A stretch of DNA of 64,000 bases from contig OZ260662.1 in the NCBI GenBank assembly GCA_965285935.1, positions 97,030,001 through 97,094,000 on the forward strand. Direction: 5' to 3'. Below, piece by piece: positions 22,601 to 34,979 of the stretch. The notes under the pieces were generated by a model, which saw only the letters and a list, made by a program, of their open reading frames with translations, searched no databases and was not told where the DNA came from. Made by a program: the position numbers and the translations under genes. The stretch's first letter is position 1. Every line of letters starts with the position of its first letter. Source of the stretch: Ophelia neglecta. Its lineage: Eukaryota.

Positions 22601-23775
22601 CAGGAAAACACTGACACTAATTCGTGTATAAAACATGCTTAATACGGTGATTGCGAGGACATGTATTTTTTAATACATCGTGAACATGTTCTATCAAACC
22701 TAAGTCATGTGGGCCGCCATATTTAAATCTAACTAACAGCCCCATTGTGACAATGACAGGTCATTAGTTCACTTATCATGTATAACAACAACACAGAGAA
22801 TATCCGGCTACAAGTCTGCCTATCTAAAGTTACATATGAAACTCGGGTCAAACGATTACTCTGTCCTGAATTGACTAATCTGACCGTTTTAACTGTGTAG
22901 GCAGCTTGGAACTGTAGAAATCGATTATGCTCGGCCTTCACCTAATGGATCCCAGTAGTCATGGGTAAATTATTGAGCTGTATGCATATTATATGAATAT
23001 GCAGGTATTTATATGTGAACCAATACTACTACCCTCACTCCGGGGGTGGGGGGGGGGTCAGATTGAGGTCATCAGGCGCGTCTAAAGATATAGGTTCTTT
23101 TACATGTAATGGGCGAGCCGCAGATGTTTTTAATGATATTAGATAGCAATTGGCTTATTTTCTATTTATTCCAAGTCTAATAGGCAGTGCTTTCCAAGAT
23201 TTATAATCAGATATTCTGAAACAAACAATAATGATGCCAAAATTATCTGGCAAAGATTTGGTGTGAAAGATTGAGCATGCTAAGGAAATTATATTGCAAA
23301 ACTAACGGTCACGCTCGTCCCTGAGAACAGGGTACTTTATCATTTACAGCGGTACCGACTGCTGTTTAACGCGATTCATTGATGTACTGTTAGTAACGTT
23401 AGGCGTGAACGATAATGTTTAGTGTGATCTGAATTAATCTGTTTAACTGAGTTCACTAAGAATAGTAAACCATAATTATGATTCATAATTTATTACTAGA
23501 AACTGTATCGTTCCTTTTGTAACCAGAACCGTCCATGGCAGGTTCAGGATTAGTCTCAGTATAATTAATAATGAAACATGATTGTCTTTTGCCTGTGGCG
23601 CTAAGACATTTATGTTTCATTTATACCCTGCCTGGATATTTATTTAACACGCATGTATTTATTGGATTGGTTGATAAACAACAACACGTGGCAAAAAGTG
23701 ATGCCTGTCAAATGCTGATGAGGTGAGTACCTATTGTTCACTAAATCCTATATTTTTCGTCGTTTCAGGTAGATT

Positions 23776-24975
23776 ATGGTTGTAGCTTTGATATGTGGAG
23801 GAGGCAATGGAGCCCACGTGGCGGCGGTTATTGCTGCCACCCAGCCGGGAGTGGAGGCAAGAATTCTTTCTCTGTACGGGGACGAGGCCAAGCGCTGGAA
23901 TAATGCAATGGAAGACCAGGATCTTACACTCACCATCAAAGATAAAGACAGCGAGCCCACTGTGCTGCGAACGAGGCCGTCCTTGGTTACAAACGACCCC
24001 AGTACGGCGATACAAGGCGCTGACTTAATCATCTTCATGGTGCCCGCCTTCGCCCACGGGCAATATCTCACAACCCTAAAGCCGTATATTCAACCTGGAA
24101 TGGTATTGGTGGGTTGTCCTGGGCAGGCCGGCTTCGAGTTTGCAGTCTGGGGCATATTAGGCGACAAAGCGAGACAGGTATCCGTCATGTCCTTTGACTC
24201 ACTGCCTTGGGCCTGTAGGCTAACACAATTTGGAAAAGCTGCAGAAGTCCTTGGCACTAAGATCTCCCTAGCAGGAGCGGTACAGGTGGGTACCTGTCCG
24301 CCTAAAGAGGACCCTACTGCGATGATGCAGAAAGTCCTGGGTCCATTGCCGAAACTTGTCACTCGAGGTCATCTTCTGGGCATGTCTCTGATGGGGGTCA
24401 ACGCCTACGTGCATCCGGCAATTTTATACGGACGCTGGTCCCAGTGGGATGGAAGGCCTCTTGAATCTCCTCCCCTCTTCTACAACGGTCTAGATAGGTT
24501 TGGCGCCAATATCCTCAGCCAACTCAGTGACGAGGTAATGGCTACAGCCAAGGCCATCATGGCCAAAAGGAGTGACATTGACCTCACCAACGTCGAGCAC
24601 ATCTATGACTGGTATCAAGGGAGTTATCCCGAGGATATTGTGGACAAGACAGATTTGTATACGAGCATCCGGTCCAACGGGGCTTATGAAGGTCTCACCC
24701 ATCCATGTGTGAAAAATTCTGAAGGAAAATACAATCCAGACTTTGGGCACAGATACCTCATGGAGGATCTGCCTTTTGGCTTGGTTGTACTGCGAGGTAT
24801 CGCCGCTGTGGCAGAAGTCCCTACGCCCACCATGGACACTGTCATCACGTGGGGTCAAGAACGCATGGGAAAGGAGTATCTGACGAATGGCCAACTCACA
24901 GGAAGAGATGTGTCCGACAGTAGGTCGCCTCAGAAGTATGGATTTACAACACTAGATTCAATACTCGGAAAGTGA
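23776..24975 (+). CDS. Opine dehydrogenase (octopine/alanopine/strombine/tauropine dehydrogenase family), single-exon CDS
   Basis: 399 aa. Rossmann motif CGGGNGAH, then VPAFAH, PGQAGFEF, SLPWACR, VLGTK, catalytic 'VHPAILYGRW..WDG', PLFY, 'HP', 'PDFGHRYLMEDLPFG', C-terminal 'PQKYGF'. Colinear from memory with scallop octopine dehydrogenase. A splice acceptor TTTCAG ends at 23768, just upstream of the ATG. Confidence 0.95.
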   Translation: MVVALICGGGNGAHVAAVIAATQPGVEARILSLYGDEAKRWNNAMEDQDLTLTIKDKDSEPTVLRTRPSLVTNDPSTAIQGADLIIFMVPAFAHGQYLTTLKPYIQPGMVLVGCPGQAGFEFAVWGILGDKARQVSVMSFDSLPWACRLTQFGKAAEVLGTKISLAGAVQVGTCPPKEDPTAMMQKVLGPLPKLVTRGHLLGMSLMGVNAYVHPAILYGRWSQWDGRPLESPPLFYNGLDRFGANILSQLSDEVMATAKAIMAKRSDIDLTNVEHIYDWYQGSYPEDIVDKTDLYTSIRSNGAYEGLTHPCVKNSEGKYNPDFGHRYLMEDLPFGLVVLRGIAAVAEVPTPTMDTVITWGQERMGKEYLTNGQLTGRDVSDSRSPQKYGFTTLDSILGK

Positions 24976-27900
24976 TCACCATGACCTAAAGGGGAGGACG
25001 TATTGGCTTACTGATTGCAATACATATTCACATTTATCTGAAAGTTTCGTGCCTATAACAATTAACAATCACGCGGGTAGATCATTTGTTTAAAACATTT
25101 TACATATGTTAATAAGTTTCAATATTAGGACATATGACTATGCCCCTTTGAAGATATATAAAAGCAATATTGCATAAAACCTGTATACATAGAAATAAGC
25201 ACCAGTGTCTACTTTAAGATTTCCATAATTATTTTTATTGGACCAAATACTAAACTAAATAACGTGATAACATTATTAATCTTCGTAATAATAATAGTTG
25301 GGCATGAACACCTATTAATGGTATAGCCACAGTCGGTAATTCTTAAGCTTATTAACTTAAAATATTGCATAAAGGGTTATTCCTTTAAGGTTTTATTTAT
25401 TTATTTAGAGTTTATAAAGTGTTCCTTAACAATAAATGAACCAACAGGGGCGAATGTAAATCCTGAACAATGTCTGAACTTGACATTTCTCATTTGTTAT
25501 ATATTATCAAGTGACCTCTAAGGCGATTATTAGTCAAATTAAACAACACAACTGAAAGGTTATAATATCGTTCATCTGTTGAGGCAATGCAATCCATATA
25601 TCTGTGCAAGTGTCCATACATTATCATGCCCAGTGGTCATATATATATTATTGCATTTAACGATATGAAATTTAATATTAAAGGAAAATTATATTGGCAA
25701 GTTTGTTTATGAATCTTTAATATAAAATGTGTAAGCCCAACAAATGCATGCAGCTAATTGGCTTTATGAGATTATTTTACAGTTACATAACGTAACTTGT
25801 TTTAGAGAAGATTTTATTACACTATTACTCTTTCGTATGCAAGGACTTTTCACACCCTTGTCTTGTCTTGTTGTATAGAGACAAATTCATCTTTGGTCTC
25901 TTGATTGTCACTGTCACAAGTAGGCACTGTGGCGATATAACCGATAAGTGTTGAAAGCCACGTACAAAAAAAAACGAAACAACATCTCTTCATTGTGGGA
26001 AAGATAAGTCCACCGCTTGCTCATCTAGGGCATATTATATATCTTCTTTGTGTTGACCAATGACTCATTGATTTTGCCCTCTAACTCGCTTCGAGGAAAA
26101 CTGTTTAATACTTCTCCTTACGATTGATGTCAACTTGACTTTAGTGTCGGAGTGATGGAGAAGGTGTTTGTGAGCCAGCAGTCGGTAGTTCCTGATCAGT
26201 GCACCCGATATAATGGAGTATTCGTGATTAACGACTTTGCTTTGGACGCCGGGTATTGACACCAAATTTGTCCTCACTGATTTTATTTATATTACCAATG
26301 ATGCAAACATTAAATATTTGTAGATTTATACATTTTGCATATACCATTCCAAGTATTTTTAGCAGATGGCCGAGTAGTATCTTGGAACGTTTCAACCCAT
26401 ATAAATAACGTGCCAGACTTTAAACATCAATGTCTTCCCTCTAGTAAGTAGTAAAGAAGCTCAAACCTAGCAGCGTGTACACAGTACAAAATATGAAGTT
26501 CACAAAAATAACCGTGGGTTGGTGAAAGTATAGTAGGTTCTGAATAAGCAAGTTCCCGCGACAGACTGTACAAAAAGGCAAACAAAAAAATCCTCAATCG
26601 GCAAGATTTGTGGATCAGATGTGTGAAATTACACAAATAATTCCATTGGCTTGCACTTCTTCGATGATTTCTGGAAGATACTGCTCGCATGATTCGAGGT
26701 ACGTGGATTATCACCCGCATCGATGATGTGATTGAATATATGCAAATGGAGATACGAAGAGAGCCGAGCTAGATAACGTTGGACGGTTCATGGTCCTTGG
26801 AGGGTCAAACCGCCGAGCCCACTTACCACCACAAGCTATCCTTAAGATCTGATTCACTGGGTATATAGATACTAGTTTATGAGCAAAGAATAAAGTTGTC
26901 GCTGGTTAGGATATGACCTTGTCACCCCCAATCTGTTCCCAATATTATTTCAATAATGAGAAGGGAAATGCAACTTCAAAGTTACCTGTGGAACGGCAAA
27001 AATGACAAATTCGGAGAAACATGTCATGTTATTTACTAATGCTTGGCATAACATTAGCTCGTAATTTACTACTGACATGCAGACACACACCAACACTCCC
27101 TCTGTTGCCAAAAAAGAATGAAGTATGATAAGCAATAAATGCCTAAGATGGGCATATAGATATAAAATATAAAAGTAATGCCCCTCATTTTTCAGTATCT
27201 AGTCATAAATAATGATACACGGCATTCTCCAGGATATAAAACTATCTTTTAAATGAACTTTGAACCCATTGATTCAAACCTGGCAAGTATGGTCATATGA
27301 TATAAATACGGTATTTTGAATATTCATGTGTAATAAAAGCAAATGAATAAAAGCAGAGCTAATACTGCGTAGATGGCATTTCGACGTTTGTTTTAAAAAA
27401 AACAGTCTGCTCCAAGGAGTTCTTGTGCAGCGTGTGCAATATTTGCTTATGGCGCCTGCTGTCAAGTCAAAAGCCTAATTTATAAGCCCTTGTTTTAAGA
27501 TAAATACATAATTACAAGTTGAAAGTAGACAGTCTTTTAAAAGATGTTTGCTTATTGCTGCCATGAAGACCAGCGCGTTAAAAAAAAGCATGAACGAGTA
27601 ATTAATTTTAGTTAACAATAGGGAGACCTGTGACAAATCAAATGTCTCCCGGGCTGTGAATCGCACTTTTGAAGGTTGAAGATCCTGGAAACAATTGTTG
27701 TTTATGTCATTTGCGGGTAAGGGTAAGCCATTTTCCTAGTTTGCGACTGGTTTTCGTGTGAATGCACTAGTCGCAGCAAAGTGTATGGCTGATGCTTGAT
27801 CTAAAGTGAAGAAAGTAGCTCACACGTGGTATTACGCGAGACACATTGGCAAGTGGAAAGTGGAAAAAAAAACTAGTAGGTTTAATTCTTGTATCAAACA

Positions 27901-30900
27901 TATAGCCTTTCACGTACTGAGTTCACATCGAGCAAAATACACGAGAGATATATTCGGTCGATATGCTCAATATACAAAATAGTTTTCGCGACTATTGAAC
28001 CACGCCTGTTTAATACTAACGGTGAATAAAATCCCCCCCCCCCCCCCCTCTTTAGAAAGTTGGCCATGGACTCGTATTCATAAGTGCGCAAATTACATAT
28101 TCATCCGCCACCAAAGGAATACCATTATTCCTCCTTGCAATCTTAATGGTTTTGGAAAAACTTTATTCCTACATGGACAAAATAAATTGAAGATGTGGAA
28201 ATAAAGTAGGTCTACAAAATGGAGTACGTGCCAGCAGTTGTAACCTCGACATTCAAGCCTATTCCATAATATGGAGTTAGAAATTGATGTTAGTGTGCCT
28301 GCCGCTGACGTTTCCTTATGCATTCGGAGACATACGAAGTATATAAATATGTGTGAGTATATGATTGTACATAAGTAGCGTATTTTTCAGATTGGGAAAT
28401 AAGTATTATCGCTATCTGATTTGGAGTTATGACTCAAAGAATCATGTTTATACGTTCTTCAGCTTCCTCAGTAGCTATATAGCTGAATGCCCATCCCGGC
28501 GTCGTGTAACTCCTCTTTGATTAGCAGCTTTCACAACGGACAGGAAAAATACAAAGCCAATCACTAAAAGGAAGCACATAGAACATGCCTGGCATTTATT
28601 ATCATTAGTGTGTCATTAGTGTACATTATCATATTAAATCTATCCTGTCATCCAAAGTATCATGACTATTTTTCAGCACATGCATGTGCATGTGCATGTG
28701 CAGGCAGCTCCTAGACGCTGAATAAATCAAGGGTAACATATAGCATGATTGCCGTACATGGAGAGCGAATACAATGTCACCCAACTGTTTGGTATGTAGC
28801 ATTAAGTGTACTAGACAAGACAAGGCAAAATACTATTTCTAATAAGTCAACATTCATTCATAGCTCAGTTGGGCAAAATAAATAATCTGCATTTTATACA
28901 TATAATATCTCTCTTAAGTTTGTAAAGGAATAGAAAAAAATAGATTAAGAGAAGCAGTTTTCATTGATGCGAGTTAGAGCACAATGGCCATGGAAGGGTT
29001 GGCCTCAATAAACATAAGACGAAAGCGCCATGCTAGTAAAAGGGTCTTTGTATTCTAAGGGGTAAATGCCCCAAATCCCCTCGATAGTGCATAGACTATT
29101 AAATTACTAAAAAGCGGTATACAATTTAATGATGGCATAAATTTTTTCGCACCACATGATATGAGATGAAAGCATGAAATTGGTTCAAAAAGGATTGGAC
29201 AAGAGTTATAAATACTGGCGACAGATTTTGAATCCTTGAATATACATTCGGTCCAATTCATCCCTGATTTTTAATCTGAAGAAAATTATCTGCTTTTATT
29301 AAAAAAAGACGAGAAATATGATATCACCTGAGCTAAAAGATCATTTTACAGACAATTCATAATTAAGCAGACATACCACTACTACAGTTTGCCTCCGCAC
29401 GCCACAGGTTGTTTTGTTTCCTATCTTTTCAATTTCGTCAAATTACCTCTAATCAACGTCATCATTTATATTAGTGGATTACAAGTGGGAATAGCACCTG
29501 CTTCAGCGCATGTTTGTGAACCACAGTGTAATCGATATTTTCAACTATGAAGAATCCTAAGTACTTATGTTAAGAAAGTTTTATGATTTATTTAGCCATC
29601 AAATGTTAGATTTTACTAATAATTTAAGTATGCGTGTTATTCTTACACCGTTTTACCAAACGGACACACATATCGTGTGGACCAGAGTCAGTATGATACA
29701 GAAGCAAGTCATCTGCATATAGCACAATATATGTATATATATGGAAATCACCGATCGAGACAGCACATTTTAGATCATTCATATATAAGTTGAAAAAAAT
29801 TGGCGATAATACATCTCATTGGTGGGAACCGCACGTACTAATAAATCAATTTGAAACAAACACATTGACCCTTACACAAAGCATAGAATTTTGATTAATC
29901 ACCTCGAAAGCAAGACAAATGTTTTGATCAATATACTTAAGAAGTAATATTTCAAAAAGTGTATCCCTCCCTGTTACTTTCATCAAAGCTTTGCCCATAT
30001 CTCAAAAACAGGCAAATGCGGGCTTACTCACTGGCATCTTTTTTGGTCTTACTGATCTTACTCCCTTGTTGTTCTTCACCCGAATGCCCAATGTAGGAAG
30101 ATAGTATGTAATTAGTAAAAACTGATTAAACCTTACTTGCACATGAGAATAAACTAACATCACTCTTATCAAATGGTTCATGCGGATCCTCATCAAAACA
30201 ATTTGACATAGATGATATATTGCACTTGTTGGGCACAAGCCATATTTAAAAGAATACCATTGATGTTAATTAAATGGGCGACATACGTGTATGTCAGGTT
30301 TTTAAAATAACTCCTTCGGCTTTATATTCAAACCCGCTGCTTTTATGCGCTAAAGGCCATGTGAAACTGTAAGGGTTTCAACAAGGAATTTCGTTTTCAT
30401 AATTATAATGAAATTCGTTTCCTTCATATTCAGGATTAGGAGGGAATAACACAAACTCACAAAAAATGGTAAAACACACTGAGTAGTATTACTTTAGGTT
30501 TCTTCTGACTTTGGCTAAAACTATTGATGTTTGGGTTGTTATGTGGCCTAAAAAAACAGTATAAAGGTTCAAAGATTTCATATATCAGCCCTTATCTGAA
30601 TCATTTCAGCATTCTTTTTCCAAACCAACTCCAGTATGATGGAGTATGATGGCAAATAAAAATCATCGCAAATATTTCGCGAAATCGGGGAAATTAAGGG
30701 GCTGCGTGGGAAACTCATAATTTTCTAAAAACTCTGAAAAACTCACAAAGCTGTTCACCAACATCCAGGAAGTATATCTTTTGAAATATCACAGACAGTA
30801 GATTTTTAAGTTGTTTATATATATTCAAAACACCTGTGAATGGAATATATAAAGGTTTTTTGTTTCACACCCTTTAAATTGTGGAATAACATTCTTTTGA

Positions 30901-33900
30901 AAAAAGATTAATGGAGTTGTTCTAAAGAAATATATCATCTGACACATATTTTCATATTGGCCATTGTTTTATCTTAAGGCCTGCCATAGTTTACTGATTA
31001 TGCGACTGTAACATATGGTAATAATACACAAACTCGTGTTCGCAGGAAATATATCTCAATGATATTGCTTTATCATATATGTGGTACTTTATATCCGGCA
31101 CGCGTTTTGTTCCACGCAGCGCCTGCGGATATGAAACTCGACTGTGTTCTTACGAAGTAGATAAAATTGCAAATTATAATTTAGAATAATGGGACTAAAT
31201 GTATTAATTACACTAGGTGGTGTTACTTTTTGATATTAAACTATCTAATATAATTAAAACTATAATTGAAACCCATACGTCAATTAAAAAAAATGGCACA
31301 ATAAAAATCAGGTAAGACATATGATAAAGCTACGATAAGCTAAGAACGAAAGCGCCTACTATTCCAATCACTTAATTGCCTGACATATAAAATGTTGCTC
31401 GTTCTTAACAATAGTTCTACATCCAAAAGGTGAAGAGTTGTTTTATCCTTACGTTTATCTTATTACAGTGCAGGTGTTTTTTTCATTTTCGTGTCTCTCG
31501 AATCAGACGACGGAAACGATACTATGCAAGTACCTTGAATAAGATGTTGGTTTCCAGCTCTGTACGACATATTGATCGCATTATGCATCTGAGTAGTAAC
31601 GCAAACTAGGTAATCATAAAGTATTTTCTATATCAGCAGTTTCACCAACCAATATTCTATATTCACTGAGAATCGATCCTCATTAATTCACATGATTTTA
31701 TCTTTCAATAAACATTATTTGGGCAATCCTTTGTTATTACCTACAATAATATCACAACTTAAGCCTCAGCCAGGGGACGTTAAGCTACTCCAAGCGTGTT
31801 AAACAGAGCCACGTCTTATCAGAAACACACTTGTCCGAGGCCAAATGCGACTGTTCAAATGGAAACGATACACTTCGAATAAAGTCATAGTTCCAATGAA
31901 GATAGGTACAGCGGAGATTGGGCCTAAGGTTTAAAGGTTTACCCAGGTCTCGAATCTGCATAAGCGTTTTTAGAACGACATAAAGCAAACACGTCAAGTA
32001 GTATTTCAATACTAGAAACTATGGAATAACAGGTTTTTACATGTGTAATTTATTCAAATGTAAGAATATGTGTTGATTAATATCTTGTGACTGTTATCAT
32101 TCCTATTGTCAAGATTGGACAATTCTCGACAAATAAGGGCCATTAGGGATGGTAAAAGCCATGAGGTTTAATACAACAATGTCTATTGTTGCTAGTGCAG
32201 TAATGAAGAGAAATACATAATGCTACCATAGCTCGGCGTGGGCATGTGTGATTGTCCACATCAAAAATTTAGTTTGCCCTCTAGTTTTTGAGATCAAATT
32301 GCTTTCGGATAATGCTTAATGCCAACATGTCATCATTTTATCAAGCCTTTAAACCTTTCCTGTAATGGTCGTTTCCACCATAACCTTTTCCTTAAATCAC
32401 AATTTCGCTTATTCTAGTGGATCCGTTCAATTTTAATTCAATTCTGCCATTTTGGCTTTCATCCGGTCCATTAACTTCATAATTGATTAAATGGCTGTAC
32501 TGTTAATATATTGGCTAAGTCCCTATCTTATAAATTACCTAAGCAATACCACTCTTGTCAACTTGCCAATCCTTGACTTAGTACGACTTCACGATGCACT
32601 ATGGGAACATTTAAAAGTATTTCCATTAACACCCATCACGCTCCTAAGTCACTGTGAGGTATCTTATTGGTAAAAAAACATTAGAGACCATTTAAAGGTA
32701 ATGGCTTTGAATTATACCTTGACGGCTTTAGAACTAAGCCTGATAAATTGCGCCGGTAAGTAGTTCCACTTAGGCTTTGTATTTAGACGGCGATGTGCAT
32801 TAAATCCTCAACTTTACTGCATAAGCTTAATAGACTTTGAATACTGTTATGGAGAGGGCAGCAATTTGTGGTTCCACAATTATGCTAAGCGTGGTTGATT
32901 TAATATTACAACATTTGTCTAAAAACATTCACGTGTGGTCCAAGATAAAATATTTGCAATGAGTTGAATCAAAAGTGATACAGCCAGAGAGAATCGGGAA
33001 GTTTATGTACATGTCAAAAAGGGCGTGGATAACCGGCAGAAAAAAGCAAAACCATTATCAAGTATTAATTAAACAAGCTGTGATGTATTATGTCGAGTAT
33101 GATAACCTTAATCACAAAAAGATAACACCTGTTAGTTGTTTATTCCAGCCCATCATTTGAGAATAGTTTACTTTTTATTAATGACCATTTTTGGTAGGTT
33201 GACTGTTTCATAACCACTTATGGTATTCTTTTATTTCTTGATTTTAATTTCAATGTACCAATATTCTTCATGACAATCATTTCAATGCGCAATTTATAAT
33301 TGTGAAACCACTAAATAGTGCATCCAACACAAACCACCTTGTTTGGGCAAACATTTTTCTTAGGCTACGGAGAAGGAAATCCATCTCCTTTTCTTTCGTA
33401 TAATGTGTTCTGTGGACGAGGAGCGGGAAATTGACGAATGTCGAATTTGAGACCTTAGAAGAGATTACAATGCAATTATTTCGCGATTACCTGTCAGAGC
33501 TCCTCGCACTTCTTCTTTTAAAGCCCTGTGATTCACTAAAGGCTATATGAAAAATGCGTAAAATAAGTAAAATGTTTAGTCTTTGGTCAAGAATGATGCA
33601 TTGGGTGACGCTCCAAAAAGATGTAAACACTTATCACCGAAGATAGTGTTTTATTCTGTCTGTGTTACTTTTTGGGACAGGTTGTTTATAGGAATGAGAA
33701 TGGCTGGCCGGATACAATCATCTGTATACCCAAGACAACATTATAGATACACATACACCCTGACACACATGTATTGCCTCCATAGATATGGGTGCTTCGT
33801 CGTCTGCTTCTTTGCCTAAGTAAGTTTTTCCGGAGTATCAGTGTGTGCATGTGAAAGCCAGTTATTACAATAGCCCGGATATTTGTGTCGACTCGAGTTC

Positions 33901-34724
33901 TGTTGTTATATACTAGCACAACTGACCTAATTACTAACTAAGACATGTCTGAACAAAAAAAATTAATACTGACGTTGCCAAATAGAAACTATTATTTTCA
34001 ACCAACCATAGTGTTCTGTCTGCATTAAATTGCCGGATTTAGTATGTGACACACAATGAATTTCTTGTCCCACACATTATGGACAAGGACCATAATAATT
34101 CACCCAGACCAATATGGCAGAGAAGGGCCCAATGACAATACTAGTAGGTCAATATCACCATAGTCATTGATATATTAAATAATCGATAAACGATTGTGAT
34201 ATTTAAAGCTAATTGTTTTCTTGACCTAGGTAACTAATACAAATATATAAGATCACGTGTAGCAGTACTAAGTTGACATATGCAGGCGAAGCAAGCGTCA
34301 TAATCTATAGTTATTTATTCTCTCATATACGCTCATCAACTTTAAACATAGCGCGGTATTCTATGCCCAGAGTTATATATTCATATAAAGTTTGGGTTTG
34401 GTAAATAATTGCTAATTGTTTGGGTTTCTATACCATACATTATTCGATAATATGAGTAAAAACTTGTTCATATCATATGCACAAGCGTTATACACTGCGC
34501 CGCGTGTTGCAACGTGTTGCGTGGTGCAACAGATTTTGCCTCCAGCCTTTTAAGATTGCAATCCTGCTCAAAAACAGCACTGCAGGACCGTTGATGGCTT
34601 GAATATACAGTATCATATTCATTAACAGTTGTGCTGGTATGTTATTATGAGCATTATTCTGCCCTTTTCAAAAGCACGATGGATGCTGGTTTAATATATA
34701 TGTATATACTCTAAGCTCTGCTGC

Positions 34725-34784
34725 TATATATATATATATATGTATATATAAATGTTTATATATTAATATATATATATATATATA
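34725..34784. repeat. Interrupted (TA)n microsatellite
   Basis: TATATA... tracts ending ~65 bp upstream of the trissin-receptor-like ATG. Confidence 0.85.
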
Positions 34785-34849
34785 ATTACGTTTGAAATTG
34801 ACTTCATTTAAAATGATTTCATTTATCATCCATAAGCATATGGGGAGAT

Positions 34850-34979
34850 ATGGAGTTTAATTTTAGCCGTTGGCAGAACAACGGTACCCTACGGATGCCT
34901 GTTCGTCCTTTTGACCTTGTGTACATTCGGAGTATATTTATTGTGTTATATGGAGCCGTCTGTCTCGCCTGTATAACTG
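34850..34979 (+). CDS. Trissin-receptor-like GPCR coding exon 1 (N-terminus + TM1)
   Basis: MEFNFSRWQNNGT...IFIVLYGAVCLACITG with sequons NFS and NGT. Donor G|GTAAGT at 34979/34980 is phase 1, matching exon 2. Confidence 0.82.

Noticed and set aside
23776-24975. Bacterial horizontal transfer or contamination explanation for the intronless dehydrogenase
   Set aside because: Motifs and length match animal opine dehydrogenases; there is a splice acceptor upstream and no operon context.
26065-26830. Moderately GC-rich minus-strand ORFs (26065..26277, 26427..26720) as possible exons
   Set aside because: No recognisable protein motif and no consistent splice-site pair.
30351-30965. Possible AGGCCA-terminal MITE
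   Set aside because: Terminal inverted match is too short and degenerate, and there is no TSD.
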